Notes under the pieces: generated by a model | Database searches by the model: none | What the model was told of the DNA's origin: nothing | What the model saw: the letters and a program-made list of their open reading frames with translations, nothing else | Position numbers and translations under genes: made by a program | From: Rhynchopus sp. YZ270_cl-10 | Taxonomy: Eukaryota | DNA length: 64,000 nt | Assembly (NCBI GenBank): GCA_964035575.1 | Contig: OZ037837.1 | Coordinates: 1,364,001 to 1,428,000, forward strand | Direction of reading: 5' to 3' | Shown: one piece after another, positions 11,819 to 21,874 of the stretch | How positions within the stretch are numbered: the stretch's first letter is position 1 | Layout of the letters: each line of letters opens with the position of its first letter

Positions 11819-12873
11819 GGGTGGTTGGTACTTGGGATGAGAAGTGTGTGCACTGAATGTTGCTGTTCTTTTCTTACTAAACGTGAGCTGACTTTGCTTC
11901 GTTGTGAGGTTTATTGTACCAACATTTCATGGATGAGAGGAGCGGGGGGTGGGGGAGGGGTGTTTGTGTGTGTGTCTAGTTTTAGGATCAAGAAAGGGAA
12001 GTCAGGCCACAGGTCTGCTCTTTCAGCAAAGGGACTCTAACCTACCCTGGTGAAAGGTGTGCTGTGTGTACCCCCATGTGTGGCTGTGCTTTAACGTAAA
12101 AGGTACGTGCCACTTAGCACAAGATGCTATGCTTCGTCTCTGACCACTAGTTGTTTTGTTCTTTTTTTCACCAATTTCGGTTTTGGGATAACTTGGGCCA
12201 AGAGCACCCTGTACATTGTCTCAGAGGCAGTGAGGTAGAACGTTTTCTTGGGTTTTTCTGTTATCGGGTTTGGGCTACCTTCGGGTGTCAGTGGCAGTGC
12301 CGAAATATCGGCAGGGACCGAACGCTCGGTCGCGCACGCCTAAGGGGAAAGGCCGCGCTGGTGGGGGAGTCGACCGTAAGGGTTGAAAGAAAGGGGGTTA
12401 TGAAATCATCAGCAAAGCTGAGGTGGCCAAGATAGTGGTCTTGTTTTTGGGTGTGTGCGTTTCACCACAACCTCTCCCTTTTGTCTTTATTGTTTTTATT
12501 GCTTTATTGTTTTTTGGGGGTGGGAGAAAACATAAAAGGAAAAGTAGGGTGCGGTTTCAATTTTTCACAATTTCATGCGATGTGAAGTTTGTTGGAGTGT
12601 GTCAATGAGCCTCATCGTTGGGCGCAATGACGCGTGTGTAAGCAATATGCTCGCGTTTTCTCAGGCTTTTTTGTCAATAATATAAGGGGCGAGTTCATCG
12701 TGTTTATTACTCAACAGCGTGTTTTTGGGAGTTTTCCGGGTCATTTGGGGTTTGAAAAAAAAGAACGGGATGAAGTGATGAAGTGATGGGGGTCTCTAGA
12801 TCTCTAGAAGAGACAAAAGCAAGAAAACAATCTTCCAAACCTGCCGCCCCATTCTTAAAATTTTTCGCAAAAC

Positions 12874-13231
12874 TGTGGCTGAAGGGGGGTAATTCGCACT
12901 TTTCCCGCACTTTTTCGCACTTTTACCATGTTGGCTTGCTGACTGTGTGTACCAGGTACACAGGTACACAGGTACACAGGTACACAGGTACACAGGTACA
13001 CAGGTACACAGGTACACAGGTACACAGGTACACAGGTACACAGGTACACAGGTACACAGGTACACAGGTACACAGGTACACAGGTACACAGGTACACAGG
13101 TACACAGGTACACAGGTACACAGGTACACAGGTACACAGGTACACAGGTACACAGTGTTCAACTTTTACAAGGCGGGGAAAACTTTTTTAGGGGCTGATT
13201 CGCACTTTTTCCGCCCCCCCTTTCAGCCACA
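12874..13231. mobile_element. Putative MITE carrying a satellite
   Basis: Imperfect inverted ends TGTGGCTGAAGGGGGG and CCCCCCCTTTCAGCCACA, subterminal TTCGCACTTTT repeats, and a degenerate 8-bp flank (CGCAAAAC/CCAAAAAC). Confidence 0.5.
12953..13154. repeat. (CAGGTACA)n satellite, ~25 units
   Basis: Perfect 8-bp tandem repeat. Confidence 0.97.
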
Positions 13232-14312
13232 CCAAAAACACTATGCGAAGGTAACGTACGGAGGGTGAGACCGGGGAAACACCTATCGTGTCCTGCCCGA
13301 CTCAACTGCCCTTTTTCGCTGAAAAACCTCTCTCTGTAACACCCCCACTAGCTTAGCATCCACCACTTTGGTGCCCCACACCTTCATCCCCGGCCAGTAG
13401 TCATCCGGCATCTCGTCGCACCCCACACTGCACCTCCAGGGTAGCGTTGCACCCCTTCAGCCTGGCCAATATCTCCTCAGTCAAACGCAGTTCCCCACCT
13501 ATAGTAGCGCAGAACTAAGCAACTCTGCCTTTGGTTTCCCGTTTTCCTGTGTGGGTGAAGAACGAGCTTACACCCCTCATCAATAAGTCACACAAGCATT
13601 CTCACCCCCCCAAAAAACTCAAAAATCCCAAAAACCACCCAAAATTTTTGCTCACCCCCCCTAAACTCAAAAAAAAATCGTGAGAGGCGTGAAACCCCCC
13701 CTCACCCCCCCTAAAGAAAAAACTCAAGGGGGGGACCTTGAAGGGGGGGTTGCTCACTGTGAACGGAGAGGCAGAACAATAAAAGCTTGGCCCACAATTT
13801 GCTTATTTCTTTGCACTCTTGCGCATTCGGTATAGAGACTGCGCCAAGTTGTGATCTGATTGAAGTCCTGGCCTTCGCGGGGGGCTGTTCTGATGCGGGT
13901 TTTGTCATCCGCCTGGTGTTGCTGCTCTTGCTTTTCCTTCAAACCCGTCCGTTCCTTCATCTCCTCTGACGTCTTCTCGCACTTCGCGAGGTGTCCCCTC
14001 AGCCTGGTGCCTGTCACCTTCTCCACCGCCGTTTCGCAAAATTTGCGCGTAAAGTGTGAAACACCCTCCTTCTTCCCACGAAGTGCATATCAGACCAGCA
14101 CTCAGGGCGTCCTGCCCTGTTCCCTTTGTTATTTTATGTAGGAACCCTTTCAAAATGATGTTCCCCACCTATTGTATCCCTTTTTGCAATGTGTTGTTCA
14201 TTGAAAACGAGCTTCCGTTTTCCTGTGTGGGTGAAGAACGAGCGTACACCCCCATCAATAAGTCACACCTAACCCCTTCCAGACACCCCTGCACCCTCCC
14301 ACCTCTATAAAA

Positions 14313-15983
14313 ATGAAGCGTTCCTCCGTGACTGAGTCCCCCACCACAAAGAAGGCCCGGGTGGACGGCCCTGCACCCTCCCACCTCTCCGAAACACACA
14401 CTGTGTCTGACACGCAGCCCACCGCACCACAGATGCCGAGCTGTGAGAACTGTGGCGTGCCTGCACAGCTGCAGTGCGGGATCTGCACGGAGCTGTTCTT
14501 CTGCGACACACCTGCGTGCTTCGAAGTGTTCCACTCATCCTTGAGGGCACGTGACCGTGAGACACATCGCGCTTCTGTGACTGCGCGCGGGACGTCGTCG
14601 AAGTGTGCACATCACCCAGACCAAGTGTTGTGCGTCGTCTGTGAAGACCCTGCGTGTGGAGACGCGTTGATCTGCATGCGTTGTGCTTACTTCGGACACA
14701 CGGGACACAAGACAGTTGACATCACGGACTACATGAAACGCCAGCGTGACACCCTTTGCTCACACGTGGAAGACCTGACAACACAGCGGACTGCTGCAGA
14801 GGAGAAGTGCCGTGTGCTTGAGGCACTCCCACCCACAGAGGACAGGTACAAAGACCTTCTCCTGCAGACACACGTCGGGCACCTCGTGATGCGTGAGGAT
14901 GTGTCGCGCAGCGAAGTCGCGTGTGAGGAGGAGGTGGCACGGAGCTTCCTCACACAGGCACTCAGTCGTGAAGGGGAGGTGTGTGTGCTGAAGATGTTTG
15001 TTGCGAAGGCAGGACACATGATTGCTGAGTGTGAGGCGGTGTGCCAGCTTGGGGACGACCAGGTGCTGCGTGCGGTCACAGAGTCGCAGGCCGTTGTGCG
15101 GAGCATCAACAGCATGGCAGCGAGTGGAGACCGCCACCGCCTTGTGGGTGCTGCAGACCCACACACAACGTTTTCCCTGAAGCTGCCTGTTTCGAACGTG
15201 CACGACGCCCTTGCCCAGATGTCTGCGATTGTTGTGCCTGTCCTTGTGCAGGGGTTGGATGGAGTGGAACACGAGATTGAGGTGAGTGTGGATGACACAG
15301 GCAGGGACTTGCTTCGGAAGGTGGCGTCTGCAGTGGGGTTGCGTGAAGGCTGCTTCGACATGACTTTCAGAGATGAAGTGATTGCAGAAGGAGAGGACGT
15401 GGTGCGGCTGAGGGGTCACAGGGTTGTTGTAACGCAGACCAACACAGAGAGGAGGAAGCAGGATGCCATTGCAGCACTTCGTGCGTTGGGTGAGACAACA
15501 CTTACATCAGAAAGGTTGGAGCAGGTGACTGATCCGAAGGTGGCTTGCTTGCTCCTGCAGGCACAAGTTGTGACTGCGATTCCAGACAAGTTCTTCTCGG
15601 AAACTAGAGTGACGTGCATTGATCTCAGTCATGCGTCTGCTGTGACTGTGATTGGACACGGATTTCTTCGTGACTGCACATCTTTGACCAACGTTGACCT
15701 TAGTGCATTGCAAGCTGTCACCTCGATTGGGAGCTACTTCCTTTGCGGGTGCACATCATTATTGTCCGTTGATCTGAGTGGATTGAGACGTGTCACCTGG
15801 ATTTGGTCCTCGTTCCTCTCCGGGTGCACATCTCTGTCGACTGTGGATCTGAGTGGATTACAAGCTGCCACCTCGATTGGGAAATGGTTCCTCACAAGTT
15901 GCCCTTCGTTGAAGACCTTGCATGGAAAGGACAAGTGCAGCGATGTTGTACTCAGGAGTCTCCCACCACACCTACACCAGTAA
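14313..15983 (+). CDS. B-box / coiled-coil / UBL / LRR protein (copy 2)
   Basis: 556-aa paralog of 10028-11818 with one fewer LRR. Confidence 0.85.
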   Translation: MKRSSVTESPTTKKARVDGPAPSHLSETHTVSDTQPTAPQMPSCENCGVPAQLQCGICTELFFCDTPACFEVFHSSLRARDRETHRASVTARGTSSKCAHHPDQVLCVVCEDPACGDALICMRCAYFGHTGHKTVDITDYMKRQRDTLCSHVEDLTTQRTAAEEKCRVLEALPPTEDRYKDLLLQTHVGHLVMREDVSRSEVACEEEVARSFLTQALSREGEVCVLKMFVAKAGHMIAECEAVCQLGDDQVLRAVTESQAVVRSINSMAASGDRHRLVGAADPHTTFSLKLPVSNVHDALAQMSAIVVPVLVQGLDGVEHEIEVSVDDTGRDLLRKVASAVGLREGCFDMTFRDEVIAEGEDVVRLRGHRVVVTQTNTERRKQDAIAALRALGETTLTSERLEQVTDPKVACLLLQAQVVTAIPDKFFSETRVTCIDLSHASAVTVIGHGFLRDCTSLTNVDLSALQAVTSIGSYFLCGCTSLLSVDLSGLRRVTWIWSSFLSGCTSLSTVDLSGLQAATSIGKWFLTSCPSLKTLHGKDKCSDVVLRSLPPHLHQ

Positions 15984-16832
15984 TGCTCACGAGAGCGTTC
16001 ATTTTTCAGCAGCTGTTGTTGTGCATCTTCACCCCTCGCACTGTGTGGCCTGCTGCACCACGGCTGCTCTGCACTGTGCTGAGGTGTGCCTCAAGAGGCA
16101 GAGGGTAGTGGTGCAGAGTTCGACGACGATACTGGCGAGAATGGGTGGGAAGGGACAAAAGAAGGGGTGGGTCACAAAAGGGGTTTGTTTCATTTTGGGG
16201 AGGGTTTGGGTGAAAAGGTAAGGGTGGTTGGTACTGGGGATGTGAAGTGTGCACTGAATTGGTTCTCATTTGTGTATTGTCTGGAGTGATGCGGTTCATT
16301 GAAGCGTTCAATTGATGCAAACATAGTAACGAGCTAAGTTTTGTTACGTGTATGCCACATCACGAACGACTTCTATTCTTCTTTTGCTTGCAATGCCAGC
16401 AGGTAATTGAACACCACACCCAACCTCTTTTCTTTGTTCTATTTTAGGGGTCGCGCCGACCTTGTGGCTTTGGGCGAGAGGTAGTAGGGACTGGCGCCTT
16501 CCTCAGCGTATTCGCCGAGTGTTCCCCCTCCTGCTTCGTCTCGCGTGAGGACCTTTGACGTCTTGTTGTTCGAGGCTTCTTCCTTTGCTCTGCTCTGACA
16601 ACCTCTACTGCTCCTGTCGATCCGTTGCTCTGCAAGGAAGTGACGAATCACGTAAATGCTCGCATGTGGTTTGCACGATTCCTGCATGCGAGATTGCATG
16701 TGGGCATGATGCTCAAGTGATTGACGTGTGTGAATCATTTCCGATGTATGCAGCTTACACCCCTCATCAATAAGTCACACCCAACCCCTTCCAGACACCC
16801 CTGCACCCTCCCACCTCTCCGAAACACACAAC

Positions 16833-18551
16833 ATGGTGTCTGACACGCAGCCCACCGCACCACAGATGCCGAGCTGTGAGAACTGTGGCGTGCCTGCACA
16901 GCTGCAGTGCGGGATCTGCAAGGAGTTGTTCTTCTGCGACACACCTGCGTGCTTCGAAGTGTTCCACCCAAGGGCACGTGACCGTGAGACACATCGCGCT
17001 TCTGTGACTCCGTTCGGGACTTCGTCGATGTGTGCACAGCACCCAGGCCAAGTGCTGTCCCTCGTCTGTGAAGACCCTGCGTGTGGAGACGCGTTGATCT
17101 GCATGCGTTGTGCTTACTTCGGACATGCGGGACACAAGAGAGTTGACATCACGGACTACATGAAACGCCAGCGTGACACCCTCTGCTCACACGTGGCAGG
17201 CCTGACAACTCAGCGGACTGCTGCAGAGGAGAAGTGCCGTGTGCTTGAGGCACTCCCACCCACGGAGGACAGGTGCAAAGACCTTCTCCTGCAGACACAC
17301 GTTGGGCACCTCGTGATGCGTGAGGATGTGTCGCGCAGCGAAGTCGTGTGTGAGGAGGAGTTGGCACGGAGCTTCCTCACACAGGCACTCAGTCGTGAAG
17401 GGGAGGTGTGTGCACTGAAGATGTTTGTTGCGAAGGCAGGACACATGATTGCTGAGTGTGAGGCGGTGTGTCAGCTTGGGGACGACCAGGTGCTGCGTGC
17501 GGTGACAGAGTCGCAGGCCGTTGTGCGGAGCATCAACAGCATGGCAGCGAGTGGAGACCGCCACCGCCTTGTGGGTGCTGCAGACCCACACACAACGTTT
17601 TCCCTGAAGCTGCCTGTTTCGAACGTGCACGACGCCCTTGCCCAGATGTCTGCGGTTGTTGTGCCTGTTCTTGTGCAGGGGTTGGATGGAGTGGAACACG
17701 AGATTGAGGTGAGTGTGGATGACACAGGCAGGGACTTGCTTCGGAAGGTGGCGTCTGCAGTGGGGTTGCGTAAAGGCTGCTTCGACATGACTTTCAGAGA
17801 TGGGGTGATTGCAGAAGGAGAGGACGTGGTGCGGCTGAGGGGTCACAGGGTTGTTGTAACGCAGGTCAACACACAGAGGAGGAAGCAGGATGCCATTGCA
17901 GCACTTCGTATGTTGGGTGAGACGACACTTACATCAGAAAGGTTGGAGCAGGTGACTGATCCGAAGGTGGCTTGCTTGCTTCTCCAGGCACAAGTTGTGA
18001 CTGCGATTCCAGACAACTTCTTCTGGAAAACTGCAGTGACGTGCATTGATCTCAGTCATGCGTCTGCTGTGACTGTGATTGGCAGCGATTTTCTTCATTA
18101 CTGCACCGCTTTGACCAAAGTTGATCTGAGTGGATTCCAAGCTGTCACCTCGATTGGGTCCTGGTTCCTCGGTGGGTGTACATCGTTGTCGACAGTGGAT
18201 ATGAGTGGATTACAAGCTGTCACCTCGATTGGGCACTCGTTCCTCTGGGGGTGCACATCTTTGTCGGCAGTTGATTTGAGCGGACTGCAACGTGTTACCA
18301 CGATAGAGGCCTGCTTCCTGTACGGTTGCACATCATTATCTCTAGTCGATATGTGTGGATTACAAGCTGTCACCTCGATTGGGAACCATTTCCTCTGCGG
18401 GTGCACATCGTTGTCGACAGTTGATCTGAGTGGATTGCAAGGTGTGAGCTCGATTGGGGGGTGGTTCTTCGACGAGTGCACTGCTCTGAAGACCTTGCAT
18501 GGAAAGGACAAATGCAGCAGTGTTGTACTCACGAAGCTAGGCATACAATAA
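16833..18551 (+). CDS. B-box / coiled-coil / UBL / LRR protein (copy 3, lacks the N-terminal NLS segment)
   Basis: 572-aa paralog starting at a new ATG (AACATGGTG), with more LRRs than copies 1 and 2. Confidence 0.8.
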   Translation: MVSDTQPTAPQMPSCENCGVPAQLQCGICKELFFCDTPACFEVFHPRARDRETHRASVTPFGTSSMCAQHPGQVLSLVCEDPACGDALICMRCAYFGHAGHKRVDITDYMKRQRDTLCSHVAGLTTQRTAAEEKCRVLEALPPTEDRCKDLLLQTHVGHLVMREDVSRSEVVCEEELARSFLTQALSREGEVCALKMFVAKAGHMIAECEAVCQLGDDQVLRAVTESQAVVRSINSMAASGDRHRLVGAADPHTTFSLKLPVSNVHDALAQMSAVVVPVLVQGLDGVEHEIEVSVDDTGRDLLRKVASAVGLRKGCFDMTFRDGVIAEGEDVVRLRGHRVVVTQVNTQRRKQDAIAALRMLGETTLTSERLEQVTDPKVACLLLQAQVVTAIPDNFFWKTAVTCIDLSHASAVTVIGSDFLHYCTALTKVDLSGFQAVTSIGSWFLGGCTSLSTVDMSGLQAVTSIGHSFLWGCTSLSAVDLSGLQRVTTIEACFLYGCTSLSLVDMCGLQAVTSIGNHFLCGCTSLSTVDLSGLQGVSSIGGWFFDECTALKTLHGKDKCSSVVLTKLGIQ

Positions 18552-20377
18552 GTGGGAAAATGGGTGGGAAGGGACAAAAGAAGGGGTGGGTCACCAAAGG
18601 GGTTTGGCGTTTTGGGGAGGGTTTGGGTGAAAAGGTAAGGGTGGTTGGTACTTGGGATGTGAAGTGTGCACTGAATTGGTTCTCATTTGTGCATTGTATG
18701 GAGTGATCTGGGTCATTGTAGCGTTCAATTGATTCAAACATAGTAAAGGCCTCAGTTTTGTTACGTGTATGCCACATCACGAACGACCTCTATTCTTCTA
18801 TTGCTTTCTATGCTAGCAGGTAATTGAACACCACACCCCACCCTCTTTTCTTTGTTCTATTTTAGGGGTCGCGCCGACCTTGTGGCTTTGGGCGAGAGGT
18901 AGTAGGGACTGGCGCCTGCCTCAGCGTATTCGCCGAGTGTTCCCCCTCCTGCTTCGTCTCGCGTGAGGACCTTTGACGTCTTGTTGTTCGAGGCTTCTTC
19001 CTTTGCTCTGCTCTGACAACCTCTACTGTTCCCTGTCGCTCCGTTGCTCTCCAAGGAAGTGACGAATCATGTAAATGCTCGCATGTGGTCTGCACGATTC
19101 CTGCATGCGAGATTGCATGTGGGCATGATGCTCAAGTGATTGACGTGTGTGAATGATTTCCGATGTATGCAGCTCACACCCCTCATCAATAAGTCACACC
19201 CAACCCCTTCCAGACACCCCTGCACCCTCCCACCTCTTCGAAACACACAACATGGTGTCTGACACGCAGCCCACCGCACCACAGATACCGAGCTGTGAGA
19301 ACTGTGACGAGCCCGCACAGCTGCAGTGCGATCTGCACGGAGTTGTTCTTCTGCGACACGCCTGCGTGCTTCGAAGTGTTCCACTCATCCTTGAGGCCAC
19401 GTGACCGTGAGACACATCACGCTTCTGTGACTCCGTACGGGACGTCGTCGATGTGTGCACAGCACCCAGGCCAAGAGCTGTGCGTCGTCTGTGAAGACCC
19501 TGCGTGCGTGTGGAGACGCGTTGATCTGCTTGCGTTGTGCTTACTTCGGACACACGGGACACAAGACAGTTGACATCACGGACTACATGAAACGCCATCG
19601 TGACACCCTCTGCTCACACGTGGCAGACCTGACAGCACAGCGGACTGCTGCAGAGGAGAAGTGCCGTGTGCTTGAGGCACTCCCACCCACAGAGGACAAG
19701 TACAAAGACCTTCTCCTGCAGACACGCGTCGGGCACCTCGTGATGCGTGAGGATGTGTCACGCAGCGAAGTCGTGTGTGAGGAGGAGGTGGCACGGAGCT
19801 TCCTCACACAGGCACTCAGTCGTGAAGGGGAGGTGTGTGCGCTGAAGACGTTTGTTGCGAAGGCAGGACACATGATTGCTGAGTGTGAGGCGGTGTGCCA
19901 GCTTGGGGACGACCAGGTGCTGCGTGCGGTGACAGAGTCGCAGGCCGTTGTGCGGAGCATCAACAGCATGGCAGCGAGTGGAGACCGCCACCGCCTTGTG
20001 GGTGCTGCAGACCCACACACAACGTTTTTCCTGAAGCTGCCTGTTTCGAACGTGCACGACGCCCTTGCCCAGATGTCAGCGCTTTTTGTGCCTGTCCTTG
20101 TGCAGGGGTTGGATGGAGTGGAACACGAGATTGAGGTGAGTGTGGATGACACGGGCAGGGACTTGCGTCGGAAGGTGGCGTCTGCAGTGGGGTTGCGTGA
20201 AGGCTGCTTCGACATGACTTTCAGAGATGAAGTGATTGCAGAAGGAGAGGACGTGGTGCAGCTGAGGGGTCACAGGGTTGTTGTGACGCAAACCAGCACA
20301 GAGGGAAGGAAGCAGGATGCCATTGCAGCACTTCATGCGTTGGGTGAGACGACACTTACAGAAGAAAGGTTGAAGCA

Positions 20378-20444
20378 GGGGTTTTTACCGAGCACCTCCA
20401 CGAGGTGACCCCGGGCAACGCAGTGGACTGCGGCAAAGACTCGG
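20378..20444 (+). ncRNA. HDV-like self-cleaving ribozyme at the LINE 5' end
   Basis: P1 GGGGTT(20378-83)/GACCCC(20407-12); P2 CCGAG(20388-92)/CTCGG(20440-44); P3 ACC/GGT with loop TCCACGA; P1.1 GG(20413-14) then GCAA; P4 CGCAG/CTGCG; J4/2 GCAAA with candidate catalytic C20434. Confidence 0.85.
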
Positions 20445-21874
20445 AAGAAGAAGAAGAAGAAAACGACGAAGAAAAAAGACAGATTTTTGTGCGAACGCTT
20501 ACTGGAAAGACAGTGACAGTGGACGTCAGCGACGCGGACTCGGTGGCTGACCTGAAGGCGGCAGTGCGAGCGAAGACAGGTGGACGCAGAGACGTGCAAC
20601 GCCTTACCATCAACGGAAGGGACATGAGCGACAAGGAGTCGCTCCGGATGTGCAGGACGCACTGCAACGTGTGGGAGCTGGGTAGGCTAAGGGGAGGAAG
20701 CAGCGGCGACACCCCGGAGGCTATGGACGACACCCCCCCATTCACACTCGAGATACCCGACAGCAAGGCAACGAACTCCGCCGCCCGGGTATACGACCTC
20801 AGACCTGTCCCACCCCAGGCAACCAGAGCGGACTGCGTCACCGCATTGAAGGCGATGCAGTGGGAGGGGGCGCGGGTGGTGACGCTGCTCAACAAGGGCA
20901 GAACGGGGGAGAAGACCCTCGTGGTGCGTGCGGAGTCCCAGCCCCCACACCGCAGCATCAAGTGGCAAAACGTTGTGGTGTCAATCTTCCCCGCAGAAGC
21001 AAAGGATACTAGTACCACCACCACCACCAACCACAACCACGCCCCCAAGAGAGTCCCCGACCCCACGGTGAGGAACCGCAAGGATAAGTATACCATTGCA
21101 GAGTTCAGGCAGGAGTACGGGGCAGCCAGAGGCAAACTTCTCTTCGAGGAAGGCACACAGCTGGAGCTGGCATGGCTGCAGCGCAAGGAGCAAAGATCCC
21201 ATCACCAACAGACCTTCACCACACCTCAGAACCTCGACCCGCTGCTCTCGGTGGTGCAGCAGAACGCGGCCGCGCTGACACAGCTATCACGCACAGGCCA
21301 GGAGACCACGGCTGCCCTTCTGCACATGGGCAGGGGACTCGAGGCCATGAGCATCGGGGTGGAAGGGATGGGCAAGGGCATCGAAGCCCTGCTGGAACGA
21401 CAGGCGTCGCAGCACGCCGAAACGACGGCCGTGCTACACGGCATGGATGGGCGTCTGCAGAGCATCGAGGCTCGGCAGATCTCGACGGAGGAGTGCCTGC
21501 AGCACATCCTGAGGGTGGTATCCGCCAACACCAGCACCAACACCAACGCCAACGCCACCACCGCCTCACAGCCCAGCTCCCCACGACCCCCATCACCACT
21601 CCCTGACGCAGAGTCGCTGAAGACTCCGCCGCAGGCACCCACGCCGTCTCCCGCGGAGACAAACAAGGGGGCAAAGACCCCACTTGCAAAGGGGAAGGCG
21701 GGAAAGGGGAAAGGGGGAACCACCGCCCCGCCATCCGCGGCCGCCTCCCTCGACGACATCTTCTCCGCGTCGCCGCTGGCGGGGAAGAAGGGAAAGGGAA
21801 AGGGAAAGGGAAAAGACGACCCAGGGAAAAGCCAAGGACAAGCGAACCTGCTCGACTTCAACCTCGATCTCTGA
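20405..21874 (+). CDS. LINE ORF1: acidic leader, ubiquitin-like domain ending LRGG, possible RRM-like region, coiled coil, Pro/GKG-rich tail (true start unknown; frame open from the element 5' end)
   Basis: QIFVRTLTGKTVTVDV..QRL..RLRGG at 20480-20698. Heptad-rich segment at ~21240-21510. No ATG upstream of the ubiquitin moiety. Confidence 0.85.
   Translation: MTPGNAVDCGKDSEEEEEENDEEKRQIFVRTLTGKTVTVDVSDADSVADLKAAVRAKTGGRRDVQRLTINGRDMSDKESLRMCRTHCNVWELGRLRGGSSGDTPEAMDDTPPFTLEIPDSKATNSAARVYDLRPVPPQATRADCVTALKAMQWEGARVVTLLNKGRTGEKTLVVRAESQPPHRSIKWQNVVVSIFPAEAKDTSTTTTTNHNHAPKRVPDPTVRNRKDKYTIAEFRQEYGAARGKLLFEEGTQLELAWLQRKEQRSHHQQTFTTPQNLDPLLSVVQQNAAALTQLSRTGQETTAALLHMGRGLEAMSIGVEGMGKGIEALLERQASQHAETTAVLHGMDGRLQSIEARQISTEECLQHILRVVSANTSTNTNANATTASQPSSPRPPSPLPDAESLKTPPQAPTPSPAETNKGAKTPLAKGKAGKGKGGTTAPPSAAASLDDIFSASPLAGKKGKGKGKGKDDPGKSQGQANLLDFNLDL

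Noticed and set aside
12395..12425. Hammerhead ribozyme (CTGATGA on the minus strand)
   Set aside because: No stem II or GAAA at the required spacing.
20405..21874. Viral 2A peptide (DxExNPGP) as in L1Tc
   Set aside because: No such motif is visible in ORF1 or at the ORF2 N-terminus.
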